Assembly: GCA_050633305.1 (NCBI GenBank)
Contig: JBOEGF010000074.1
Location: forward strand, 1 to 21,900
Direction: 5' to 3'
Source: Nannocystales bacterium
Lineage (GTDB): Bacteria > Myxococcota_A > Polyangia > Nannocystales > Nannocystaceae
DNA length: 21,900 nt
How positions within the stretch are numbered: the first letter of the stretch is position 1; the number at the start of each line of letters is the position of its first letter. The position numbers were made by a program, and so were the translations under genes. This document shows, in pieces, positions 1-8,103 of the stretch. The notes under the pieces were generated by a model. That model was not told the DNA's origin. It searched no databases and saw only the letters and a program-made list of their open reading frames with translations.

Positions 1-129
1 GCTGACCGACTGAATCCGCAATAATTATCGGAACTCGATTTCGGACCCCGGTGGTGCGGGTCGATCTGGTGCTCCGACGGGTCAGCCTGGGCGAGCGCGG
101 CGCCTCAGACCTCGTGGTACAGGCCGACC

Positions 130-387
130 ATGCTCACTCTCACCCGCAAAGTCGGACAGCGGACCTTCATCGGGGCCATCGAGGTCGAGGTCGTCGACGT
201 GGGAAGGGATGAAGTCGTGCTTCGGCTGTCCGGGATCGAGGACGAGTCGGCAGTCAAGCTTGCCGACGCGTCAGACGAGGAGCCCTCCCCTCGCCCGCGA
301 CCAGCAGCTCGTCGACGGGTGATGCAGTCGTCCCGACAGAGCGAGCCGGTCATCATCGAGAAGCGGCGAACCCGACGAGGCTCGTAG
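130..387 (+). CDS. csrA: CsrA/RsmA-like (carbon storage regulator fold) protein, divergent, with basic C-terminal tail
   Basis: N-terminus MLTLTRKVGQRTFIGAIEVEVVDVGRDEVVL follows the CsrA pattern ([32 protein letters not shown]). The second half lacks the GxxAP...RxE motif. Confidence 0.65.
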   Translation: MLTLTRKVGQRTFIGAIEVEVVDVGRDEVVLRLSGIEDESAVKLADASDEEPSPRPRPAARRRVMQSSRQSEPVIIEKRRTRRGS

Positions 388-414
388 CGCCACCGGATCG
401 GCCCTGAGCACTGG

Positions 415-432
415 CTGTGAAAAACGGGGGTC
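415..432 (+). repeat. Copy of CTGTGAAAA motif (candidate serine recombinase site)
   Basis: CTGTGAAAAACGGGGGTC recurs as CTGTGAAAATGGGGGTC at 3574-3590. GCTGTGAAAAA (414-424) recurs inverted at 3668-3678. Confidence 0.5.
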
Positions 433-586
433 CCAGTGCCGCGTGAGAACGACACCGCAGCATGGCCCCCGAGGCCATTCAGCTTCGCGGGCGCCCGCCG
501 GGAGGACCCGTCGATCCACAGCCGCGTTGTCGCGGCTTCTCCCCGCCACGTCGTCGCAGCTCGCGCTGGCCGAACATCACCCCCCC

Positions 587-1486
587 TCATATACAGACCC
601 CGACGTCTTCGAATCCAGGGGGTGCGCCACCTTCATACCACGGGGAGCAAACCGTACCTCCTAGGCACCCCGGGCCACTGAGATCACAAAGCGGACTGCA
701 AGCCCCTTCGTTGCACACGAGGCCAGGGTCGCAGGTGTTGGGTGCGGAGCAGGAGGCTCCCGCTATCCCCAAGCCGCCGGATCCATCGCTCAGACAGACG
801 AACACATCGCCGACTGCGTAGCAACCTTCGCTCGCGCCGCAACTTTGCAACAACGGGTCGCAGGCGGGCACGCACAGATTGAGAACACCGCCGTTTAAGA
901 TCCCGCAGCTCGTGCTGGGATCGTCGCACACAGGGGCTGCTGGGCTCCCTGAACACATCGTGAAACAAGTGCCCTCGTTGGTGCCCGGATCGACGTCCCA
1001 GCACATCGCATTCGCCGCGCAGGTGTCGAGCCCGGACACCCCCCCGGTCCCCTCCACGCTGCACGTCTCCCCGACGTCATCCGGATTGGGATCCACGGGA
1101 AAGCAGCCCACCGCGTTCCAGCTCGTGCCTCCGTCGTCCGCCCACGGATTGCATTTCGTACCCGCGGGGCAGTCTTGCAAATACGGGTCGCAGTCAGTCA
1201 CCCCCGCTGTCGTCGAGGGGTCGTCGCCGCTGGAGTCCGACCCCGGCTGCGGTGTGGTTGACGTGGTGTCGCCCGAAGTCGTCGCGGTTTGAGACGCTTC
1301 CCCCTTGGATGCGCTGCTCGTCGAGGTCGAGCCGCTCGTCGAGGTTGAGCTGCGGGAGGTGTTTGCATCCGTCCCTGTCGTGGTCGATCCCTCAACGTCG
1401 ATCGCGGGTGGATCCGAGGGATTGAAGCAGCCAGTCATCGCACCAATCGAGAACAGAATAATCGGCAGTTGGACCGAAGCGTGCAT
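587..1486 (-). CDS. Cys-rich lipoprotein with Ser/Thr linker (myxobacterial type)
   Basis: Signal peptide with lipobox MTG-C, then a Ser/Thr-rich linker, then repeated Cys modules (CDPYLQDCPAGTKC, CDPLLQSCGASEGC, CDLSGPGCLGGTVC). Start placed at ATG 1486 because a TATACT -10 box lies 8 nt upstream. Confidence 0.8.
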   Translation of the reverse strand: MHASVQLPIILFSIGAMTGCFNPSDPPAIDVEGSTTTGTDANTSRSSTSTSGSTSTSSASKGEASQTATTSGDTTSTTPQPGSDSSGDDPSTTAGVTDCDPYLQDCPAGTKCNPWADDGGTSWNAVGCFPVDPNPDDVGETCSVEGTGGVSGLDTCAANAMCWDVDPGTNEGTCFTMCSGSPAAPVCDDPSTSCGILNGGVLNLCVPACDPLLQSCGASEGCYAVGDVFVCLSDGSGGLGIAGASCSAPNTCDPGLVCNEGACSPLCDLSGPGCLGGTVCSPWYEGGAPPGFEDVGVCI

Positions 1487-1494
1487 CGTCGCGG

Positions 1495-1500
1495 AGTATA
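1495..1500 (-). promoter_or_regulatory. Putative -10 box (TATACT) of the lipoprotein gene
   Basis: AGTATA on + reads TATACT on -, 8 nt before the ATG at 1486. Confidence 0.45.
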
Positions 1501-1745
1501 GTCGACCCTCGATCATCAGAGGCAGACTCGCCCCAGGCGCAAGCTCTGCCCCTACTTCGAACCGAGAGCCGAAGCGGGGCTCAGAGCATCCGGCCGGTCG
1601 GTATCCGCCGTCGCTTAGGGTGTCGGGGCATGGTGAACATCGGAGGATGGGCGCCTCGCCCCCTCCCCCTCATCGACGAACCGCGATTACACACCGGCGC
1701 GGAGAAATAGCACGCGATTACCAAAGGGCCCCGGCGCGTAGGTTG

Positions 1746-2351
1746 TCAGACGGCCGAGAGATAGCGGAAGACGGTCCGAACGCTGACCCCCATGGCGTTG
1801 GCGATTTCCTCAGCGGCTAACCCCCTCTCTCTGAGTTCCTGTGCCCTAGCTGGCGCCGCCTTCGTGGTTCCCTTCTTTCGCCCACGGTAGGCTCCGCGCT
1901 TCTTCGCGACGCGGATTCCGGCAGCCTGCCGCTCGCGCCGATACTCGAGTTCGATCTCTGCAACGCCAAAGAGAACGCTCGCCACCATGCGACCAACCGC
2001 TCCGCGGAGGTCGATGAGCTGAGTGACCGACACGACCCGAACGCCGCGTTCACACCAATCCGCAAGGACGCCGATCCCGTCGAGCTGCCGCCGGGAGATT
2101 CGATCGAGTTTCCAGACGACGACGGTTTTGATCGCCCCGCCGAAGACCTCTGCCTGAAGACGGCTGAACTCGGGGCGGTCTAGCGACTTGCCGGTTTCCT
2201 TGTCCTCGAACCACTCGACGGCCGCCGCCTTGATGTCGTTGCCGCGGAGCCATCGGCGAATCTCCGCGCGCTGGCTGTCGTTCTTCTGCCCAGCCGACGA
2301 AACCCGGCAGTAGCAGGCGATGGTCTTCTTGCGGGCCTTGGCTCGTGCCAT
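1746..2351 (-). CDS. Serine recombinase, resolvase/invertase family with C-terminal HTH
   Basis: Catalytic motif YCRVSS, VWKLDRISR, ERQAAGI..AKKRG.YRGRK and HTH EEIANAMGVSVRTVFRYL. About 200 aa; start probably ATG 2351. Confidence 0.95.
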   Translation of the reverse strand: MARAKARKKTIACYCRVSSAGQKNDSQRAEIRRWLRGNDIKAAAVEWFEDKETGKSLDRPEFSRLQAEVFGGAIKTVVVWKLDRISRRQLDGIGVLADWCERGVRVVSVTQLIDLRGAVGRMVASVLFGVAEIELEYRRERQAAGIRVAKKRGAYRGRKKGTTKAAPARAQELRERGLAAEEIANAMGVSVRTVFRYLSAV

Positions 2352-2361
2352 GCGCCAGATA

Positions 2362-2390
2362 GAGTAAACGCTTTTCGGCACGTTTCACTC
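2362..2390. promoter_or_regulatory. Imperfect inverted repeat just upstream of the resolvase (candidate res subsite/operator)
   Basis: GAGTAAACG-cttttcggca-CGTTTCACTC. The half-site GTGAAACG resembles the motifs at 415, 3574 and 3655-3677. Confidence 0.5.
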
Positions 2391-2530
2391 GGGCCACCAC
2401 CACCCCGTCAGCCTTCGAATTCGACGCTCGACCAGAAGCCACCCTATTTGGCACGAGCAAGGGGCCTCGGAGCGTGGCTGCTTCGGCGTCGGGCGACCTC
2501 GCCCGCTCCGGTGCTACGCTCCGCCCGTCC

Positions 2531-3556
2531 GTGGCCAAGACGACCAAGACGCCTCATGACGCGATCTTCAAGAGCGTCTTCCAAGAGCCCGAGCACGCCG
2601 CCGCCGAGCTGCGGCACATTCTTCCCGGCGAACTAGTCTCCGCGATCCGCTGGTCGTCCCTGAAGCTTGAGCCCGGCAGCTTCGTCGACCCCAAGCTCGC
2701 CGACAAGCACAGCGACCTCCTCTTCTCCGCCGCTGCCGAGGCGTCGGGTGAGCGCGTGCTCGTCTACTTGCTGTTCGAGCACCAGTCGACCAACGATCCG
2801 AGGATGGCGCTTCGGCTCCTCGAGTACATGGTCAGCATTTGGACTCGACACACGAAGTCGCACCCAACTGAGCCTCTCCCCCTCATCATCCCGGCTCTGC
2901 TCGCCCAGGTTCCTGGTGGGTGGTCAGCCCCGACCCGGTTCTCGGAGCTGTTCGCGGCCGGGGCCCGCGACCTCGGGCAAGCCGTCCTCCCCGACTTCGC
3001 CTTCGCCGTCGATGACCTCCACCTCGCCACCGACGACGACCTCCGCCAGCGCGCCCTCCCCGACCAGGCCACGGTCACGCTGTGGCTCATGCGCGATGTT
3101 CGGGACCGCGCCACGCTCTTCGCACACCTCGCAGGCTGGGCCGACGTCCTCGAACGCGTTGCCCGCAGCCCCGGCGGAGACGACGTTCTCGCCCTTCTCC
3201 TGCGCTACATCGCCGTTGCTTCTGGCGACCTGCAGCTCTCCGAGTTTCGTGACATCCTTAAAGGACGAGCCCCCGCCGTCGAGACCATCGCCATGACCAT
3301 CGCCGAACTACTCGAAGCCAAAGTCCTCGCCCAAGGGGAAGCCAAGGGCCGAGCAGAAGGTCGTGCAGAGGGCCGAGCAGAAGGTCGCGCAGAGGGCCGA
3401 GCAAGCTCCATCCTCATGATCTTGGCCGCTCGTGAGCTTCACGTGACCGACGCCGTGCGTCGCCGTATCGTGGACTGCACCAGCGTCGAGGCTCTCGATC
3501 ACTGGCTCATCCGCGCGGCCACGGCGGCTTCGGCCGACGACATCTTCGAGGGCTAG
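2531..3556 (+). CDS. rpn: Rpn family recombination-promoting nuclease / YhgA-like PD-(D/E)XK protein
   Basis: PHDAIFKSVF, SFVDPKL..HSDLLFS, YLLFEHQS..D..MALRLLEYM, MTIAE.L and a GRAE repeat tail. Start likely GTG 2531, behind an extended -10 TGCTACGCT (2512-2520); the ORF track starts it at 2474. Confidence 0.93.
   Translation: MAKTTKTPHDAIFKSVFQEPEHAAAELRHILPGELVSAIRWSSLKLEPGSFVDPKLADKHSDLLFSAAAEASGERVLVYLLFEHQSTNDPRMALRLLEYMVSIWTRHTKSHPTEPLPLIIPALLAQVPGGWSAPTRFSELFAAGARDLGQAVLPDFAFAVDDLHLATDDDLRQRALPDQATVTLWLMRDVRDRATLFAHLAGWADVLERVARSPGGDDVLALLLRYIAVASGDLQLSEFRDILKGRAPAVETIAMTIAELLEAKVLAQGEAKGRAEGRAEGRAEGRAEGRASSILMILAARELHVTDAVRRRIVDCTSVEALDHWLIRAATAASADDIFEG
3335..3403 (+). repeat. 12-nt coding tandem repeat (GEAK-GRAE x4-GRA) in the Rpn C-terminus
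   Basis: GGCCGAGCAGAA and GGTCG(T/C)GCAGAG units alternate, giving a 24-nt higher-order repeat. Such repeats are typical of Rpn tails. Confidence 0.9.
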
Positions 3557-3573
3557 CAGAGCCTCCCGTCCCC

Positions 3574-3677
3574 CTGTGAAAATGGGGGTCGTTTTCCTAA
3601 ACGCAGGCTACCGGCGGGCCCCTACGGGCTCTCCGCGGCCCCGCCATCGGCGTGTGTAAAACGGTCCTTTTTCACAG
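3574..3677. promoter_or_regulatory. Pair of dyad sites, candidate res subsites for the serine resolvase
   Basis: CTGTGAAAATGGGGGTCGTTTTC (3574-3596) and TGTAAAACGGTCCTTTTTCACAG (3655-3677). Each is partly palindromic and they are inverted relative to each other. Confidence 0.5.
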
Positions 3678-3733
3678 CGCAGATCAGAAGCGCTTGCCCC
3701 CCTCAATCGCTCTTCTTGTCGATACGGTCAAAG

Positions 3734-4426
3734 CTAGTCGCCGGGCTTCATCATTCCGTGGCGCTGTTCGATTACGCAGATATCCTGGAACAACATCTGC
3801 GCCTCAAGGCAGATGTCGGCATACACGGTGTCCAGCTCTTCGAGATGCTCCGAGTCCCGGATCCACGCCTCTTCGGCGAACAGCTCTTCCAGCTTGGCTT
3901 GCATCACGCCAAGTTCAAGCGTCACCGGTTTCTTGCGCTCGCCGTAGCGGAAGTAGGTTGCTTTGTTCTGTTCGACTTCCGACAGTTGCTCGCCGATCTC
4001 TGTCAGCTTGACGAGCAGTTTACGCGGCTCATGGTCGATCGTGCCCAACGCCGCTCGAAGCTCGTCCACCAGGACGTCGAAGCGGTGAATGAATTTCGGC
4101 TCCTCGAGCGCCGGTGGCTTTGCCGTGCTCGGGTCTCGCCTCAGCTGCTGCAACCAGGCTCGGTCCCGTTTGATTTCGTACGCCGACGCAATGAACTCCT
4201 TCACCGCGAGTTCGAACGCGTGCCGCTGCAGATAGGCGATGGGCGCCGCGATCACGTCGAGCCTGCCCGTCGCGGCGCTTGCGATGAGACGGCGCGATCC
4301 GAGGAGGTAGGAGTACGAGACCCTTAGCTCGTCGAATTTCCATCCGAATTGGGTCGTTGTTTCTCCGGCGCGCGTCTCGCCCCAAAAAAGAATTCCGGCG
4401 TAGAACTCGGGCTCCTTCGGATTCAT
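3734..4426 (-). CDS. Hypothetical protein, HEPN-like helical fold
   Basis: D.IAAPIAYLQRHAFELAVK, H.FDVL and a late FRY motif match the pattern P..(F/Y)L.RH..EL..K...H.L..L...FRY seen in HEPN-like proteins. Confidence 0.6.
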   Translation of the reverse strand: MNPKEPEFYAGILFWGETRAGETTTQFGWKFDELRVSYSYLLGSRRLIASAATGRLDVIAAPIAYLQRHAFELAVKEFIASAYEIKRDRAWLQQLRRDPSTAKPPALEEPKFIHRFDVLVDELRAALGTIDHEPRKLLVKLTEIGEQLSEVEQNKATYFRYGERKKPVTLELGVMQAKLEELFAEEAWIRDSEHLEELDTVYADICLEAQMLFQDICVIEQRHGMMKPGD

Positions 4427-4629
4427 CGCTGCAAGTCTGCGAGCTCCGCGACGTGTTGCCTAGCAGCACGAGCACCTGCGCAGCGGCTAACAACCATCCC
4501 GCGTCGACACTCGACACAGGCCAACTCGTCCCTCCCATTCGCCCTCGCCTCCCCAAGCCCAGACCGCCGTAAGGATTCGGCCGGCTCGCCGGTCGCAGCG
4601 ACGACCGCGAACGCCTCGGCTTCGATCAC
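4423..4629 (-). CDS. Possible small hypothetical protein
   Basis: 68 aa with a CxxC motif. Its stop overlaps the next ATG (ATGA). No family recognised. Confidence 0.25.
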   Translation of the reverse strand: MIEAEAFAVVAATGEPAESLRRSGLGEARANGRDELACVECRRGMVVSRCAGARAARQHVAELADLQR

Positions 4630-4656
4630 GCTTTAACGGGGAAACGTGACTGAACC

Positions 4657-4938
4657 TCAGGGCCGTCTGATTCTAAAGTTCGCGCCGCTCCATTCAACCA
4701 TCCAACCCGCTTCTCGAGCCTCCTGCTCGACGGCACGGAGAACGTTCTCTGAGACATGCACCCAACCCCGCCGGACGCTCCCTGGTGTCCTGGTGTCCTG
4801 GAGACGCTCAACCCCGACGTTGGTGTCTATCAAGTATTCGTCTGCACCCGTATCGAAGTGCGCTTCGATGGCCTCAACGATCGAGACTCGGAGCTTCTTC
4901 TCCTCGGGTGGAATCTCGATGGCCGAAGGAGGACGCAC
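4657..4938 (-). CDS. Small hypothetical protein
   Basis: 93 aa with protein-like composition. GTG start overlaps the upstream TAG and follows a GGAGGGAGG Shine-Dalgarno-like sequence. Confidence 0.6.
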   Translation of the reverse strand: MRPPSAIEIPPEEKKLRVSIVEAIEAHFDTGADEYLIDTNVGVERLQDTRTPGSVRRGWVHVSENVLRAVEQEAREAGWMVEWSGANFRIRRP

Positions 4939-5129
4939 TACACCTCCCTCCTGGTCATCGACTCCGTCTCAACGTACTTCTGGAGAGCCTCCTTGAACGC
5001 CTTTCTCGACTCGGTGGCCAGCATGCTGTGCTCGGCCGTGTGTGTTTTCTGAATCGAGGTCGCCACCACCGTGGCCACGTTGGAGATGTAGGCAGCCAGT
5101 TTTTTATCGACCTCATCAATGGTGCTCAT
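4938..5129 (-). CDS. Small helical hypothetical protein
   Basis: 63 aa with an amphipathic helical pattern, coupled to the downstream ORF. Confidence 0.55.
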   Translation of the reverse strand: MSTIDEVDKKLAAYISNVATVVATSIQKTHTAEHSMLATESRKAFKEALQKYVETESMTRREV

Positions 5130-5271
5130 GGTCGATGGATCACACCACGCGCCAGCGATTCCCTACGCACCGATTCGAGAAACACTGTTACTCCCCTCGC
5201 TGGAGCTTCCCGGAGGCAACGACGGTCAGCCCAGGGCAAGCGACGCCGTAGAATACCAAGCCCAGATCCCA

Positions 5272-6174
5272 ATGTTCTACGAACCCCTCCGTACGCAGGC
5301 CCACTTCGAGAGCCGCATCAAGCTGAGCGATAACGGCGCGACCGGCACGCCAGAGAGCATCCACCTCGACTTCAAGCACACGATAAAGATGGGGGAGCAG
5401 TCGGAGCAGCGGGAACTCGCACGGGACGTCGCCCAGTTCGCCAACACCGACGGCGGCAGCCTCATCATCGGTGTCGACAGCCCGAAGGACCCAGCAACCG
5501 GCCTCGACACGGCCAAGGCTCTCGTCCCCCTCCCGGACGAGGGGAAGCTAGTAGATTGGCTCAACAGGGCGCTGAGCAACTACCTCTACCCAGCCACTCA
5601 CCGCCCACGCCCGCTCTTCTTCAGCCCCTGGGGCAAGAGCAAGGTGGCCGTGTTGAACGTGGAGCCCTCCGATGTGCTCCTTGCCGTTTTCCGGCAATCC
5701 GAACCACGTTCAGGGATCGAGTACGTCTACCGAACGGACCAAGGCAAGGAGTGGTTCACCCCCGAGGAAGCTGCAATGCGACTGTCAGATGCAAGGACGA
5801 GAGCAACCAGGATCAAGATGGAGCGCATCCTCCACGCACGCGCAGCGAACGAGGCAGCAAGAAAGAACCGTGTCGCCCTCGTCCACCCGATCGCTTCTTG
5901 CACGCTTGACGCGAACAACCGCGCAGAACTTCGGCCACAGCCAGGCTTCTGGGCGAGCATTCCAGAGCTGCACGAAGATGAGTTCATGCTCATCATCTTC
6001 GACGGCGCAGGGAATTGCGGACTGCCCCCCATCTACGTGCCCTACCACTACGTCGAGCACGCGTGGAAGCAGTGCGACGGCATGCTCGCCCTTGAGCTGA
6101 AGTTTCAGATCGCGATGGCGCCATCGCGGGACGGATGGAAGCTGTACCCCCCCGAGCGCGGACCGTCTCGTTGA
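5272..6174 (+). CDS. Schlafen/AlbA_2-domain protein with unrecognised C-terminal domain
   Basis: ESIHLDFK...ELARDVAQFANTDGGSLIIGVD is the AlbA_2/Schlafen signature, followed by a YVYRTDQG strand. Start placed at ATG 5272 (TAGAAT -10 at 5249-5254); the ORF track starts it at 5119. Confidence 0.88.
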   Translation: MFYEPLRTQAHFESRIKLSDNGATGTPESIHLDFKHTIKMGEQSEQRELARDVAQFANTDGGSLIIGVDSPKDPATGLDTAKALVPLPDEGKLVDWLNRALSNYLYPATHRPRPLFFSPWGKSKVAVLNVEPSDVLLAVFRQSEPRSGIEYVYRTDQGKEWFTPEEAAMRLSDARTRATRIKMERILHARAANEAARKNRVALVHPIASCTLDANNRAELRPQPGFWASIPELHEDEFMLIIFDGAGNCGLPPIYVPYHYVEHAWKQCDGMLALELKFQIAMAPSRDGWKLYPPERGPSR

Positions 6175-6218
6175 GGCAAGCGCGTACCAACCTTCTCAGC
6201 ACCCAGATCGCCCTCGAC

Positions 6219-6250
6219 TCGGTCACGCTTCCCCCCAAAAGCGTGACCGA
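6219..6250. terminator. Perfect 12-bp hairpin between convergent genes (terminator or protein-binding dyad)
   Basis: TCGGTCACGCTT-ccccccaa-AAGCGTGACCGA. There is no clear U-tract. Confidence 0.45.
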
Positions 6251-6451
6251 ACACGCCCCTGATCTCGACCGCTACGACGAGGTGCTGGAGTCCGCCAGCC
6301 CACCGCTACCCCGCTACCGCTCCCCGGTCCGGGCAACGCTGCGTTGTTCCGGTTCCACGCTTTTGGTCGGAGCGAGGTGCATGGGAGGCTTGAACGTGGC
6401 ATCCGGGCCGCTGGCTCGCTGCTGCGGGAGACCTCCGGTCCGGGATCTAGA

Positions 6452-6982
6452 CTAGCTCCACTTCCGCAAGAACGTGTTCCACAGACGAACAGTGCCTGGC
6501 TCGTTCAGCGTAGAGATCGAACCCGACCACAGTTTGAGCAAGTACTCGCTTGGGTCCGTGCTGAGCACGGAGAGAAACGCTCCCTTTGGGAAGAGATCCT
6601 CCGCGCGAGCTCTCTTCAGAGCAAGCACAAGACCGTCGAAGCAGCTATCGACATGCTGGAGGAACTCCTCGTCGCCCGTATCTTCATCAGGAAACCGAGC
6701 GTAGAGGTTCTCAAGAGCGCCTCGCATATTGGCGTTCGCTTCCGTGAACGGCTCCATCTCTTCATCGCATGGCCAGTCGACCGGCGTGAACAGAAGATCG
6801 GGGTCTGCACTGCCCTGTATCTGGTCGACCGTAACCATCATGCAATAGAGAGTCCCCAGTTCATCGTCGGTGCACAGGGCAACCCCGGCAATGTCACTTC
6901 CCACGTTTCTCTGAAGAAAGACGTCGCGCGCTCGCACCAGCCCGTCGAACACGAGTTCATCGAAACGTGCCCGTTCGGTCAT
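6452..6982 (-). CDS. DUF4303-like protein, putative cognate immunity protein
   Basis: ALCTDD...L, F.P.DW, LVLALKRARAE.LF and D........I..LN match the DUF4303 pattern. Acidic protein whose ATG overlaps the toxin TGA (ATGA at 6979-6982). Confidence 0.75.
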   Translation of the reverse strand: MTERARFDELVFDGLVRARDVFLQRNVGSDIAGVALCTDDELGTLYCMMVTVDQIQGSADPDLLFTPVDWPCDEEMEPFTEANANMRGALENLYARFPDEDTGDEEFLQHVDSCFDGLVLALKRARAEDLFPKGAFLSVLSTDPSEYLLKLWSGSISTLNEPGTVRLWNTFLRKWS

Positions 6983-8103
6983 CTTCGCGCCGCCTCGCTC
7001 AAGAACGTCCGAAGCAAAGAACCGAAGTCTTCGGGTGTCCCTCCAGCTTCATCCAGGAAGCGCAAACGCTGAAGGATCTCTTCCATGGCAGCGGTAGTGT
7101 GCCCCTTGTTGGGCGCCCAGCCAAGGTTTGCCAGGCCCCAGATGGGGTCGACGCCAGCGCGGCGGCGAACGATATCCTGTGCGTCTGCCACGACCTCAGC
7201 TTGGCGGCCAGGCATCCCCTTCTTGTACACGCCATGGTGAGCGTGCGGACGATACATTCCTCGGGGAGCCGTAGTTCCCGTCAGGCGCCTCAAGTAGCGC
7301 CCCCACTTGAACGAATCCGACGGAAGAGGTCGCCAGGGCCCGTGAAAGTCACCATGACGTGCAGGTGGGAGAGCTTTGTAGGACGGCCCAGGTCCGAGCG
7401 GGATAGCTCCGTTGACCCGCTTCACCGAACTGCTTGGCACTCGCGTCAGCGCCCGGACAGACTCCGGCGACAGGCTCTGCGACGGCGTCCACGCTCTCGG
7501 TCTCGGCGCAGGTAGCTCCGCCGCCATCGCCCCCACGCTCCGAAACGACCCGCTCCTCGACCGCGCCCGTCCGGCAACGATCGCCTCCGAAAGCGCAGCA
7601 GACTCGCCGCGGGCGATCGAGGCAACTGTCGACCAGCCAAACTCTCCAGCCGCGACAGCTGCACGAACCTCCATGGCCGCAGCGGCGCCGCCGTAGACCA
7701 TCCCCGCAATCTCGGCCCCCGAAGAAACAACCTCCCCAGCCGCAGCGACGCCTCGCTCCAAGTTCCCCGTCTCAACGGCCTGAGCGAGGTGCTGCACCCC
7801 TGTGTCGAACCGTTGTGGTGCCGAGAGGCCGGAGCCCAACAGGTGCGATGAAGCGACAGCGCACCCCTGACTGAGAAGCAACGGAGCCGTCGCACCGCGG
7901 ACATAGAGCTCCGCCGCATCGCCCGCAGTGTCACCGGCAAGCCTCGAAACTGCGGCGTTTGCTCCCGACGCAGCCGCCTCCCGCCCCGATGAGATCGCGT
8001 CCCCAGCGGCACCGTATCCAGCACGCAGGGATTCGCCGGCGCTCGCGAGCCCTTCGATAGCGCTCGTTTCCACATCGGCAAACCAATCGCCAATGCCCTG
8101 CGT
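6979..8103 (-). other. Predicted released C-terminal effector (374 aa): Ala/Gly-rich helical region plus AHH-type HNH/EndoVII nuclease
   Basis: Follows the Rhs cleavage motif PVGHVDRTG (Gly codon 8104-8106). AHH at 7234-7242, followed by GVDP...NL...PN.GH. Confidence 0.7.

Noticed and set aside
15..35. AT-rich dyad TCCGCAATAATTATCGGA; the reverse strand AGTTCCGATAA resembles a XerC arm of dif
   Set aside because: No 6-bp spacer plus XerD arm (TTATGTnAAnT), so it is not called dif. Function unknown and upstream context is cut off.
3335..3403. Tandem repeats as a possible CRISPR array
   Set aside because: In-frame 12-nt coding repeats with no spacers, and no cas genes in the window.
3716..4327. 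203-aa + strand ORF
   Set aside because: Antisense to the HEPN-like gene, which has the recognisable motif pattern.
6344..7072. 242-aa + strand ORF over the immunity gene
   Set aside because: Antisense to the DUF4303-like gene, which is supported by motifs and translational coupling.
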